This document shows positions 50,505-60,265 of a stretch of 64,000 bases of DNA, one piece after another. The position numbers and the translations under genes were made by a program. The notes beneath the pieces were generated by a model, which saw only the letters and a program-made list of their open reading frames with translations, had not been told where the DNA came from and ran no database searches. Location: the NCBI GenBank assembly GCA_037137455.1, contig JBAXKG010000003.1, forward strand, positions 20,373 to 84,372. Reading direction: 5' to 3'. The DNA comes from Bacteroidota bacterium. Lineage in GTDB: Bacteria > Bacteroidota > Bacteroidia > Bacteroidales > FEN-979. Position 1 is the first letter of the stretch, and each line of letters starts with the position of its first letter.

Positions 50505-50798
50505 ATGAACTGTCCGAAATGCAATATTACCCTCCTGATGACCGACCGTCAGGGAGTTGAAATTGATTATTGTCCCCAGTGTCGTGGGATTTGGCTCGAT
50601 CGAGGTGAACTGGAAAAGATAATCGAACGGTCAATGGGATTTAATCCTGCTATGGACCAGGGCCAGGGATTTTCGCCTATGGGAAACAATGATAGCCATA
50701 ATTATAAAAATAGCGGCCATGACGACCACCATGGATCCTATAATCAATATGGCCAGCGCAGAAAGAAGGGATTTCTCGGAGAACTTTTTGATTTTTGA
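50505..50798 (+). CDS. zf-TFIIB zinc-ribbon protein
   Basis: MNCPKC...GVEIDYCPQCRGIWLDRGELEKII and a C-terminal KKGFLGELFDF. Confidence 0.9.
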   Translation: MNCPKCNITLLMTDRQGVEIDYCPQCRGIWLDRGELEKIIERSMGFNPAMDQGQGFSPMGNNDSHNYKNSGHDDHHGSYNQYGQRRKKGFLGELFDF

Positions 50799-51583
50799 AA
50801 ACCAGGATAACCGGTTTTTTGATTTTTTTGTGCAATTACCAGCATTTCAAAATCTTCAGTTGTCAATTTATCATTCCGGTTAAAATTGCCAAGTTTTGCA
50901 CTGTAAATGTCAATGAAATTAAAATCAAGTGATTTCAGCAACCATGTTATCTCACTGGGTACATAATACCTTTCGTTACATTTCAATTCCTTTTTGTTGC
51001 CAAAATCATCTTCGGTAATGGTAATGTTGTAATCGCGAAAAGTCATCAAATCAAATGAATTATTTTGATAGGTTGCATTCCCTTCTTCGGAAACTGAAGC
51101 AAGAAAATCTTTTACCGAATGAAACAACGGGAATAATCCGTTCAGTGTGGTAAATATTAATTTTCCGCTATTTCGCAAAGCAGTCGAGGCATTTTTTAAA
51201 ATTTGAAAGTTCATTTCATCGGTTTCCATGAGTGGAAATGCTCCTTCGCAAAGCATGATTATTAAATCAAATTGGTTTGAAAAATTAGAATTGCGGGCAT
51301 CGGCCTGAATGAAATTAATTTTTAGATTCTGCGCCAATGCTTTTTCTCTTGCACTATCTAACATTGATTTAGATAAATCGATTCCGGTTACCGGATAACC
51401 CCGCTTAGCCAATTCAATTGAATGACGACCAGTGCCACATCCAATGTCTAAAATTTTCAACCTCTTATCGAAATTAATTTCTTGTTCGATAAAATCACAC
51501 TCTTTTATCGTTCCACGCGTAAAAATTTCTTTGTCGTATTTACGCCCATAATTCTCAAATAATTCTTCGTACCACTGTTTCAT
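50744..51583 (-). CDS. Class I SAM-dependent methyltransferase
   Basis: ILDIGCGTGRH, GIDLS-x-x-ML and FIQADAR. Confidence 0.92.
   Translation of the reverse strand: MKQWYEELFENYGRKYDKEIFTRGTIKECDFIEQEINFDKRLKILDIGCGTGRHSIELAKRGYPVTGIDLSKSMLDSAREKALAQNLKINFIQADARNSNFSNQFDLIIMLCEGAFPLMETDEMNFQILKNASTALRNSGKLIFTTLNGLFPLFHSVKDFLASVSEEGNATYQNNSFDLMTFRDYNITITEDDFGNKKELKCNERYYVPSEITWLLKSLDFNFIDIYSAKLGNFNRNDKLTTEDFEMLVIAQKNQKTGYPGFQKSKSSPRNPFFLRWPY
50798..50829 (+). terminator. Possible intrinsic terminator after the CDF and zinc-ribbon genes
   Basis: AAAACC-a-GG ataa CCGGTTTT hairpin followed by a T-rich tract; weak stem. Confidence 0.3.
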
Positions 51584-51695
51584 ATTATTTCATATCAGGA
51601 TTAAAAACCGGAGACTTTCATAATTTATGAATTGCATTCGCATAAGGTGTTGATAATGATACTTTTAATTGATAGTTAGATAGTTTTTGTTAAAA

Positions 51696-51703
51696 CAAAG
51701 ATA
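51696..51703 (-). promoter_or_regulatory. -7 box (TATCTTTG), candidate promoter of the methyltransferase
   Basis: Exact TAnnTTTG match in the AT-rich upstream region. Confidence 0.4.
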
Positions 51704-51908
51704 AGTTTTTATTTATTTTCAATTTGGCAATATCAATGATTCAGTGGATGCCAAAAACAATATGACCATCAAAAAGTTTATTGGTTTCATCGAATAAAAG
51801 AAGCCTACTATGAAAAACCGCACTATATTTAGCCAACTTTTTGCAATAAACTAAACAGCCCTGGTTTCCCGAAAATTCGAGACGACCTTTAACCAAGAAA
51901 CGATTTAT

Positions 51909-54212
51909 ATGAAGACTATGAACATTTTTATCCGCGTGATTATTATTATGCTTTTTGGGATAATCCCAACCTGGTTAAATGCACAGGTGGAAAATGCTTA
52001 TCTGGTTGAAAAGCGGCCGGATCCTTCGGTTCCCAGTACGAAATATTCTGAAACTCCCGATGCCCGCAGGCAGGCGGTCAGGGTCGCAGATCCGATGATT
52101 GCTGCCATGGTCAGCGCTATAAATGTTGATACACTCAGGGCTACTTTGCAGGAGATGCAAAACTGGGGATCCCGTTTTTTAATGAACGAAAATAAAAAGG
52201 AGATCGCCATTTCCATTATGAATAAGTTTCTATCTTATGGATATACCGATGTAAAGCTTGATTCCTTTTACCTGAGTGTTAACAATTGGGGTGGTACGAC
52301 GTATAGCTCGTGGCAATACAATATAATATGCACCCTTACTGGCTCTTCTGCCCCTGATGAGATCTATGTTGCAGGTGGGCACTGGGATTCCTACTGTTCC
52401 CCCGACCCATACAATGATGCCCCAGGAGTTGATGACAACGGCACTGCCATTGCCGCTACTCTTGAGATAGCCCGGATAATGAAACAGTTCGACTATCGGC
52501 CTGAGGCCACTATTCAGTTTTCGCTTTTTGCTGCCGAAGAGTTAGGCCTTTATGGGTCGCGGTACTCTTCCGGCAATGCCCGGATTGCAGGAGATGATAT
52601 CCGGTTTATGCTCAATCTCGACATGATCTCAAACAATCCCAGTAACCTGGCGAAAGTTAAAGTTTACCAATACCTCAACTTTGAATGGGCCGGAAATTGT
52701 GCCGCCGATGCAATCGAACGCTATACTGATCTTTCGGTGGATATCCCCGGAGACAAAATGAATAGTGGCTCCGATTCCTATCCATACTGGTTAAAAAGCT
52801 TTCCGGCGACCTATTTCGAAGAGATAACTTTCAGCCCGAACTGGCATAAATCTTCCGATACCCTTGGCAACTGCAATGTTCCATATTTCAGAAAGGTAAC
52901 CGGTGGCGCCCTTGCAACTCTGGCTGAACAGCAACAAGTTCCGTATCCTCAGGAATTACACGCGCAATCAACCATGCAAGATATTGTTCTTCACTGGAAA
53001 CCCACTAAAAATAATTTTGTCAAGGGTGTCAATGTTTATCGCTCAGAAATTGCCGGAAGTCAATATCAGAAGATTACATCATCACCTGTAGCCGACTCAA
53101 CCTACAACGACCTGATGGCAGAACAAAACAAGCAATATTATTATGTTATTACTACCGTCAGCGATTCACTGCAAGAGAGTTTGTTTTCACGCGAAGTTTC
53201 AGGAGCGCGCTTTAATTTCAGTGATACACTGCTGGTGCTCGCTAACCTCAAAGGCACAAAAACTACGCCTGACAGTGTACGCGCATTTTACAATTCCTTA
53301 CTGGATATTCCTTATAAATGGAAAGACATCAATGCAGTGCAAAAAATAAACATGTCGCTGATTTCCCGTTACCGCTCAATTCTTTGGATATCGAATACTT
53401 CTGAATTTGAATCAGTTAACGATGAAATGACCAAGTGCGTTTTGGCCCATATTTCCAATGGGGGGAACATACTATTTGCCGGCTTTACCCCGGCTAGATT
53501 CTGGATGTCACCGACCATCCCATACCCTAATAAAGTTCCGGAAACAGCTCTTTTCCATCAATTATTCAAGGTTGACAGTAACGATCGAAAGATACAAAGC
53601 ATGCTCTTCAGGGCCAATACCGTACTTCCAGACTATGACACGCTTTATATCGACTCTCTGAAATACATGGATATATTGTATCGCGGACAGATTTACAATG
53701 TGGATGTTTTTGCACCTGCTCCTGAAGCGACAGTGATTTATCGTTTTGATTCAAGGTTTGATTCATCCACTCCCTTTGGTAAGTTGAAAAACCGACCGGT
53801 AGGTTTGGAGTACATGGGGGTTGATCATAAAAGTATCTTGCTCAGTTTTCCGCTTTATTACCTTGATACCAGCGATGCCCGTGACTTTTTGCATTATGTT
53901 TTAACTTCGAAGTTTGACTATCCGGTGGGTATAACCCCAACTTCCCCGGCCCAGCCGTTTGCGCTGCATGTGTTCCCAAATCCTGCAAAAGACGCCTGTA
54001 ATATTACTTTTAAGCTTGATCAGCCTGGCAGTGTACGACTTTCACTGGTTTCGCAAAATGGAAAGCTTATTGCCACCTGGCTGGAGAGTAAGCTTGAAAT
54101 GGGAACCCATTATTTTCGTTTTAATACATCATCTCTGGCGCCAGGGAGTTACAACATTGTGCTTTATCAAGGTGAAGCAAGAGCAGTGAGTAAGATCATA
54201 CTTTTTCACTGA
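51909..54212 (+). CDS. M28-family metallopeptidase with FN3-like domain and T9SS C-terminal sorting domain
   Basis: GGHWDS, PGVDDNGT, AAEELGLYGS, NLDMI, GSDSYPY, WHKSSD; LHWKP...VNVYRS...YYYVIT; C-terminal FPNP...LAPGSY...KIIL. Confidence 0.9.
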   Translation: MKTMNIFIRVIIIMLFGIIPTWLNAQVENAYLVEKRPDPSVPSTKYSETPDARRQAVRVADPMIAAMVSAINVDTLRATLQEMQNWGSRFLMNENKKEIAISIMNKFLSYGYTDVKLDSFYLSVNNWGGTTYSSWQYNIICTLTGSSAPDEIYVAGGHWDSYCSPDPYNDAPGVDDNGTAIAATLEIARIMKQFDYRPEATIQFSLFAAEELGLYGSRYSSGNARIAGDDIRFMLNLDMISNNPSNLAKVKVYQYLNFEWAGNCAADAIERYTDLSVDIPGDKMNSGSDSYPYWLKSFPATYFEEITFSPNWHKSSDTLGNCNVPYFRKVTGGALATLAEQQQVPYPQELHAQSTMQDIVLHWKPTKNNFVKGVNVYRSEIAGSQYQKITSSPVADSTYNDLMAEQNKQYYYVITTVSDSLQESLFSREVSGARFNFSDTLLVLANLKGTKTTPDSVRAFYNSLLDIPYKWKDINAVQKINMSLISRYRSILWISNTSEFESVNDEMTKCVLAHISNGGNILFAGFTPARFWMSPTIPYPNKVPETALFHQLFKVDSNDRKIQSMLFRANTVLPDYDTLYIDSLKYMDILYRGQIYNVDVFAPAPEATVIYRFDSRFDSSTPFGKLKNRPVGLEYMGVDHKSILLSFPLYYLDTSDARDFLHYVLTSKFDYPVGITPTSPAQPFALHVFPNPAKDACNITFKLDQPGSVRLSLVSQNGKLIATWLESKLEMGTHYFRFNTSSLAPGSYNIVLYQGEARAVSKIILFH

Positions 54213-54256
54213 TCTATCCTGTTTTTTCTATTTTCACCCATCTGAATCCGGATGCT

Positions 54257-55519
54257 ATGTTTCTTGATTTCATAAAGGATCTTCGAAGGAGTGACCACAA
54301 ACCCCGTTTCGGAGGTTTGGACATATTGAAATATATCGGACCGGGACTTCTTGTCACGGTTGGTTTTATTGATCCGGGCAACTGGGCATCGAACATTGCT
54401 GCCGGCTCGGGGTTCGGTTATGAATTGCTATGGATGGTCACCCTTTCAACCATTATGCTGATTATTCTTCAGCACAATGTTGCCCATCTTGGTATTGCTA
54501 CCGGGTTGTGTCTTTCCGAGGCGGCAAACAAGTATACTTCAAAGTGGACGTCACGATCGGTATTGATTACTGCCATGGGCGCCTCAATTGCTACCTCACT
54601 TGCGGAAATAATGGGAGCAGCAATAGCGCTCAACATGCTGTTTGATATTCCGATTCCGGCAGGAGCGATAATGGCCTTCGTTTTCGTGATAATCATGCTG
54701 TTTACCAATTCTTACCATAAAATCGAAAAATTCATCATCGCCTTTGTTTCCATCATCGGACTCTCCTTTTTATATGAGTTGACCCTGGTTGATATAAATT
54801 GGGTCGAGGCAGGGATTGGATGGGTAAAACCAAGTATTCCCCAGGGATCGATGATCATTGTGATGAGCGTGTTGGGCGCTGTTGTGATGCCGCATAATCT
54901 GTTCCTTCATTCCGAAATAATTCAAAGCCGACAGTGGAACCTTGAGGACGAAAAGGTTATCAAACGTCAGATGGATTATGAACTTTTCGATACCCTTTTT
55001 TCAATGGTGATTGGCTGGGCCATTAACAGCGCAATAATATTGTTGGCAGCTACTGCGTTTTTCACAAATCACATCCAGGTGAATGAATTGCCACAGGCTG
55101 CAACCATTCTTAAGCCACTTCTGGGGAACAATGCTGCTGTGCTTTTTGGAGTGGCGCTGCTTTTAGCAGGCATTGCTTCGACCATTACATCAGGGATGGC
55201 AGGAGGCAGCATTTTCGCGGGTCTTTTTGGCGAGCCATATGATATTCACGACAGCCATTCACGACTCGGTGTCATTATTTCGTTGGTAATCGCCTTGCTG
55301 ATAATTTTTTTCATAAGTAATCCATACCAGGGATTGATAATTTCGCAAATGGCCCTCAGCATTCAATTGCCATTTACCATTTTCCTGCAGATATACCTGA
55401 CATCATCGAAGAAGGTGATGGGGAAATATGTGAATAGCAACACTACAAGGTTAATGCTTCTCATCGTTGGCATTATTGTAGTTTCCCTGAATATTTATTT
55501 GCTTATCAGTTTCTTTTGA
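54257..55519 (+). CDS. mntH: Nramp-family divalent metal (Mn2+) transporter
   Basis: GPG-x-x-VTVGFIDPGNW and GAVVMPHNLFLHS signatures. Confidence 0.94.
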   Translation: MFLDFIKDLRRSDHKPRFGGLDILKYIGPGLLVTVGFIDPGNWASNIAAGSGFGYELLWMVTLSTIMLIILQHNVAHLGIATGLCLSEAANKYTSKWTSRSVLITAMGASIATSLAEIMGAAIALNMLFDIPIPAGAIMAFVFVIIMLFTNSYHKIEKFIIAFVSIIGLSFLYELTLVDINWVEAGIGWVKPSIPQGSMIIVMSVLGAVVMPHNLFLHSEIIQSRQWNLEDEKVIKRQMDYELFDTLFSMVIGWAINSAIILLAATAFFTNHIQVNELPQAATILKPLLGNNAAVLFGVALLLAGIASTITSGMAGGSIFAGLFGEPYDIHDSHSRLGVIISLVIALLIIFFISNPYQGLIISQMALSIQLPFTIFLQIYLTSSKKVMGKYVNSNTTRLMLLIVGIIVVSLNIYLLISFF

Positions 55520-55526
55520 AAATCTT

Positions 55527-55534
55527 TACTTTTG
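55527..55534 (+). promoter_or_regulatory. -7 box (TACTTTTG) for the GT39-like gene
   Basis: Exact TAnnTTTG match just after the mntH stop. Confidence 0.45.
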
Positions 55535-55575
55535 TCATGTGAAAAAGGTAATCAGATGACAAGATAAGAGGGTAA

Positions 55576-55623
55576 CAATCACTCAGTCACTCAATCACTC
55601 AATCACTCACTCAGTCACTCAAT
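55576..55623. repeat. Tandem 8-bp repeat CA(A/G)TCACT (about 6 units)
   Basis: Read directly: caatcact cagtcact caatcact caatcact cact cagtcact caat. Confidence 0.85.
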
Positions 55624-55631
55624 AATATAGA

Positions 55632-57395
55632 ATGCCATCAAACCGAAAGATATACTGGGCTTTGTTCATCCTGATAATGGTATCGACCATTGCGCGCGGG
55701 TTCATTGCCGGTTTTATCGAATTGGGTAACGATGAGGTTTATTATTGGACCTACGCGAAATTCCCGGCCCTCAGCCATTTCGACCATCCGCCAATGGTGG
55801 GTCTGGTGATTCAACTTTTTACATTAAATCTCATTCTTGACAGCGAATTTTTCCTGCGATTAGCCTCAGTAGTGTTGGGAAGCCTTAGTACCGGCATGAT
55901 GTTCCTTATCGGCCGGCAAATAAAAAATCCACTAACCGGATTATACGCAGCGCTATTATTCACGGCCTCTTTCTATGGATTTATCCTGAGCGGAACTTTC
56001 ATTCTCCCCGATGCGCCTCAGGTATTTTTCTGGCTGGTGACGCTCTATTTTCTTTTGAAATCGCTGCCTGATTACGATCTGGCAAATGAAAGCAGAAATT
56101 TTCTCTTCTTTGCCGGAGTCACCGCCGGTTTGGCATTATTGTCGAAATATCATTCAGTTTTTCTGGTTGCAGGAGCATTTATGTTCATTTTGCTATACAA
56201 CCGCAAATGGTTCACCGCTAAAGAGACATATGGCGCTTTTTTCGTTTTTGTACTTCTGTTTCTTCCTGTCGTATTCTGGAATTTTGAAAATGACTTTATC
56301 AGTTTTACATTCCATGAAAACCGTGTTGGTATTACCACATCAGGATTCCAGCCACAATATTTTCTGACCGAGATAACCGGCCAGTTTTTTTACAATAACC
56401 CGGTAAATGTGGTGATCATTATAATGGCTTTGCTTGCGCTTTTTCGAAGGAAACATTTCCTTGAAGTATCCTTTAGCCGCATTCTTTTATGGACCAGCGT
56501 TCCGCTTGTTTTAGTTTTTCTATTTTTTTCCATCTTTCGCAGTACTCTGCCGCACTGGACAGGCCCAGGTTACCTTGGTTTTATCATAATTGCTGCAGCT
56601 TATCTGGCTGAACCGAAACAAAATGGATCTATACAAAGGCTGGTTCCCTGGCCGGTTGCACTTTCACTTGCATTTCTGCTCACGATCGCTATTACCGCCA
56701 TTGGCCAAATCCGTTATGGTTGGATCCCGCTGAAGCGGTGGAAAGTGGATGACGTTTCACTCGATATGTATGGTTGGAAGCAGTTTGGAGAAAAGTTTGC
56801 AAATGTTGTAAAATGGGATGAAGAACATTTCCTAATCGATAAAGGAGCGCCAATCTTAACATTCCGATGGTTTCCGGCAGCCAATTTTGATTATTATCTG
56901 GGTCGTAAAATCCTGAAACCGGTTTACGCTTTAGGAGAATTGGAAAGGATTCATAAATATAATTGGATTAATCAGTCACGTGGAAATCTCAAGAAAGGGA
57001 GTGACGCCTATTATATTGCATTGAGCGATGATTATGAAGACCCGGTGTCATTATATGGAAAGTTGTTTGAGATGATCCTTCCCTCTGATACCCTGTTTCT
57101 TACCCGTGGTCGTGATACGGTTCGTAAAGCGTTTATTTTCAGGCTGATCGACCTGAAACAGGATATGATATTTACTCGCGACAAGTACGCGGACCCTAAG
57201 AGAGTAGAAAAAGATGATACTCTTACCTATTTTCTGAACCAGATCCGCTCTGACCGGCAGTATATGGATCTTCTTGAAAAAAGGTCGGTCAAGCTGAAAA
57301 CTCCCCTTGAAGACCTCATCAAGGAAGAAGCAATAAAAATGTTGGAGGAATCGAAACAGAAGTTGGTGTTGCCTGACACGAACCGATGGAACTAA
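55632..57395 (+). CDS. GT39/ArnT-like (PMT_2, GT-C fold) membrane glycosyltransferase
   Basis: DEVYYW, FDHPPM, ILPDAP, LALLSKY, PVVFWN and PHWT; multi-TM with a soluble C-terminus. Confidence 0.9.
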   Translation: MPSNRKIYWALFILIMVSTIARGFIAGFIELGNDEVYYWTYAKFPALSHFDHPPMVGLVIQLFTLNLILDSEFFLRLASVVLGSLSTGMMFLIGRQIKNPLTGLYAALLFTASFYGFILSGTFILPDAPQVFFWLVTLYFLLKSLPDYDLANESRNFLFFAGVTAGLALLSKYHSVFLVAGAFMFILLYNRKWFTAKETYGAFFVFVLLFLPVVFWNFENDFISFTFHENRVGITTSGFQPQYFLTEITGQFFYNNPVNVVIIIMALLALFRRKHFLEVSFSRILLWTSVPLVLVFLFFSIFRSTLPHWTGPGYLGFIIIAAAYLAEPKQNGSIQRLVPWPVALSLAFLLTIAITAIGQIRYGWIPLKRWKVDDVSLDMYGWKQFGEKFANVVKWDEEHFLIDKGAPILTFRWFPAANFDYYLGRKILKPVYALGELERIHKYNWINQSRGNLKKGSDAYYIALSDDYEDPVSLYGKLFEMILPSDTLFLTRGRDTVRKAFIFRLIDLKQDMIFTRDKYADPKRVEKDDTLTYFLNQIRSDRQYMDLLEKRSVKLKTPLEDLIKEEAIKMLEESKQKLVLPDTNRWN

Positions 57396-57408
57396 TGGTT
57401 CGAAAAGA

Positions 57409-58806
57409 TCACTTTGGCCCTGTCATCTTTTTCGGATCAACGATACGGGTAAATTCTTCATCCGAAAGTAATCCAAGTTCGAGGGTGGCTTCACGTAAGG
57501 TTTTGTGTTCCTTGTGGGCTTTCTTGGCGATTTTGGCTGCATTGTCGTATCCGATATGCGGATTTAGCGAAGTAACCAGCATCAGGGAGTTTTCAAGATT
57601 TTTGTTGATGGCTGCCATATTCGGTTCGATCCCGATAGCACAGTTATCGTTGAATGAAACGCAGGCATCGCCCAGTAATCTCGCCGACATTAGCAAATTG
57701 GAGATCATCAGGGGTTTGAATACATTAAGCTGGAAATGGCCACTGATTCCGCCGATGTTGATGGCTACATCATTGCCAAGAACCTGTGCGCAAACCATGG
57801 TCATGGCTTCGGGTTGGGTGGGATTCACCTTTCCGGGCATGATACTCGATCCGGGTTCATTCTCGGGAAGCATCAACTCGCCGATACCGCAACGCGGGCC
57901 CGAAGCCAGCAACCTGATGTTGGAAGCAATGTGCATTAGGCTTACGGCAAGGGTTTTCAGGGCTCCCGATGTTTCAACCATCGCATCATGTGCCGATAAT
58001 GATTCAAATTTATTATCTGCAGTGATAAAAGGCAGCCCGGTCAGTTCAGCAATTTTCTTTGCAACCAGCACATCATAACCCTTGGGGGCATTTAATCCGG
58101 TACCCACGGCTGTGCCTCCCAGGGCCAGTTCGGATAGATGGGGAAGAGTGTTTTTCAGCGCTTTCAAACCATGTTCCAATTGAGAAACATACCCTGAGAA
58201 TTCCTGTCCCAGTGTTAGTGGCGTAGCATCCATCAGATGGGTACGTCCTGTTTTTACAATATCTTTGAATTCTTCTGATTTCTTTGCAAGTGTTCCTTTC
58301 AACAGTTCTATTCCCGGAATGGTTGTTGACGTAACCATTTTGTATGCAGCTATGCTCATGGCTGCAGGGAAAGTATCGTTTGACGATTGTGATTTATTGA
58401 CATCATCGTTGGGATGAATCACGGTTTTTCCCTCGCCGCCTAACTCACCGCCATTCAACACATGGGCGCGGTTTGCAATTACCTCGTTCAGGTTCATGTT
58501 GGTTTGGGTGCCCGACCCGGTTTGCCATATCACCAAAGGGAATTGATCATCCAGCTTCCCGTTAAGGATTTCGTCACAAGCCTTCACGATCAAATCCTTC
58601 TTCTCTTTGGCAAGCACGCCAAGGTCGGCATTTACCATGGCAGCAGCTTTCTTGAGAATGGCCATTCCGCGGATCATCTCTTTGGGCATTGAACCTGGTT
58701 CTCCGATTTTGAAATTGGTGAGTGAACGCTGCGTCTGGGCTCCCCAGTACTTGTCAATGGCAACTTCGATAGGCCCCATTGTGTCTTTTTCGATACGTGT
58801 TTGCAT
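57409..58806 (-). CDS. fumC: Class II fumarate hydratase
   Basis: [27 protein letters not shown] and [13 protein letters not shown]. Confidence 0.97.
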   Translation of the reverse strand: MQTRIEKDTMGPIEVAIDKYWGAQTQRSLTNFKIGEPGSMPKEMIRGMAILKKAAAMVNADLGVLAKEKKDLIVKACDEILNGKLDDQFPLVIWQTGSGTQTNMNLNEVIANRAHVLNGGELGGEGKTVIHPNDDVNKSQSSNDTFPAAMSIAAYKMVTSTTIPGIELLKGTLAKKSEEFKDIVKTGRTHLMDATPLTLGQEFSGYVSQLEHGLKALKNTLPHLSELALGGTAVGTGLNAPKGYDVLVAKKIAELTGLPFITADNKFESLSAHDAMVETSGALKTLAVSLMHIASNIRLLASGPRCGIGELMLPENEPGSSIMPGKVNPTQPEAMTMVCAQVLGNDVAINIGGISGHFQLNVFKPLMISNLLMSARLLGDACVSFNDNCAIGIEPNMAAINKNLENSLMLVTSLNPHIGYDNAAKIAKKAHKEHKTLREATLELGLLSDEEFTRIVDPKKMTGPK

Positions 58807-58837
58807 AGCAGGATTTTTGATGGTTTGGTTCTGGATT

Positions 58838-59188
58838 TTATTTTAATAAAGGCTCGATGTTTTCAACAGGATCACCGATAACTGCTTTGTATTTGCTTTC
58901 AACGATTGGTCGTTGCAGGAGTTTTGGGTTCTGAAGAATGATTTTTATCCATTCATGATCTTCAAACTTTTTTCCCTTCAGGTTTTGTTTAAAGTAAACC
59001 TCGTGGGTGCGCACAACATCAGCTGGTTTTTTATTCATTTTTATCAGCAACTTTTCCATCTCCTTTTCTGTCATGGGATTCCTGATGTACTCAACTACTT
59101 CGAAAGGTTTGCCTGATTCCTTGATGAATTGCAGTCCGGCACGGGACTTTTTGCATTGCGGATTATGATAGATTTTAAGCATTCCCAT
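58838..59188 (-). CDS. ArsC/Spx-family (glutaredoxin-type arsenate reductase-like) protein
   Basis: [11 protein letters not shown] and PKLLQRPIV. Confidence 0.88.
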   Translation of the reverse strand: MGMLKIYHNPQCKKSRAGLQFIKESGKPFEVVEYIRNPMTEKEMEKLLIKMNKKPADVVRTHEVYFKQNLKGKKFEDHEWIKIILQNPKLLQRPIVESKYKAVIGDPVENIEPLLK

Positions 59189-60264
59189 ACTCCATCAGAT
59201 AAGACTTGATAAAAGCTGTTAAATCACCATCGAGAACTGACTGTGTATCAGATGTTTCTTGTCCCGTGCGCAAATCCTTCACCATTTTGTAAGGATGAAG
59301 CACATAACTACGGATCTGACTTCCCCATTCGATCTTTTTCTTCCCACTTTCGATGACAGCAATTTTTTCACGTTGCTTGCGAAGTTCGATTTCATAAAGT
59401 TGCGACTTCAACAGTTTTAACGCTTTTTCACGATTTTGGCCCTGGGAACGGGTTTCCTGACATTCGATCACGATTCCTGATGGTTCGTGTTTGAGACGAA
59501 CAGCGGTTTCAACTTTATTCACATTTTGGCCGCCCGGGCCACTGCTCCGAAAAGTATCCCAACTGATTTCAGCCGGGTTTATCTCGATCAGAATGTCATC
59601 GTTGATGATGGGATAAACATAAACCGATGCAAACGATGTATGCCTTTTGTGGTTTGAATCGAAGGGTGAAAGCCGTACCAGTCGATGCACCCCATTCTCG
59701 CCTTTGAGATATCCATAGGCATAATCGCCATCAAATTCAATGGTAACCGATTTGATCCCGGCCACATCGCCCTCCTGAAAATCCACTTCGGAAATCTTAA
59801 AGCGGCTCCTTTCGGCATACCTGATGTACATGCGCATTAGCATTTGCGCCCAATCCTGGCTTTCGGTACCTCCTGCCCCGGAATTGATCTGCACTATTGC
59901 GCCAAGTTTATCCTCTTCGCCACTTAGCATATTGCGGAATTCAAGCTCCTCGATAAGGGTCAGAGATTCTTTGTAATGAATTTCAAGCTCATCTTCAGTT
60001 CCCTCTCCCTGGATATGGAAATCCCACATAATCAGCAGGTCGTCATAGCTTGAAACAGCCTGCAAAAATGCGTCTGTCCATAGTTTTTTATCGCGGATCG
60101 CGCGTAATGCAAGTTCCGCTGTTTTTGGATTGTTCCAGAAATCGGGCGCCTGGGATAGGGTTTCTTCTTCAGCTATCTGTGAAAGCTTCTTATCGATGTC
60201 AAAGGTACCTCCTCAACACATCGAGCCTGGTTTTAAGGTCTCTCAGTTGTTCTTGTGCTATCAT
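59175..60264 (-). CDS. prfB: Peptide chain release factor 2, decoded by a programmed +1 frameshift (362 aa)
   Basis: Frame 1: [21 protein letters not shown]-stop. After CTT TGA C the +1 frame reads DIDKK...PDFWNN, GAGGTES, SPF anticodon motif, GGQ and WGSQIRSY. Confidence 0.96.
60198..60213 (-). promoter_or_regulatory. prfB frameshift cassette AGGAGG-TAC-CTT-TGA-C
   Basis: Canonical internal SD, 3-nt spacer, slippery CTT codon and UGA-C stop. Confidence 0.95.
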
Positions 60265-60265
60265 G

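Noticed and set aside
50811-51611. AAAAACCGG inverted copies flanking the methyltransferase as mobile-element ends
   Set aside because: Only 9 bp and mostly homopolymer; no transposase or target-site duplication is evident.
54213-54256. Mn-sensing yybP-ykoY riboswitch upstream of mntH
   Set aside because: The gap is only 44 nt and no matching structure is visible.
55576-55623. Possible CRISPR array
   Set aside because: Units are 8 bp with no unique spacers, and there are no cas genes in the window.
57386-58078. 230-aa plus-strand ORF
   Set aside because: Antisense shadow of the highly conserved fumC; no recognisable motifs.
59175-60264. prfB as a pseudogene or sequencing error
   Set aside because: The frame break is exactly the canonical SD + CTT TGA C programmed frameshift.
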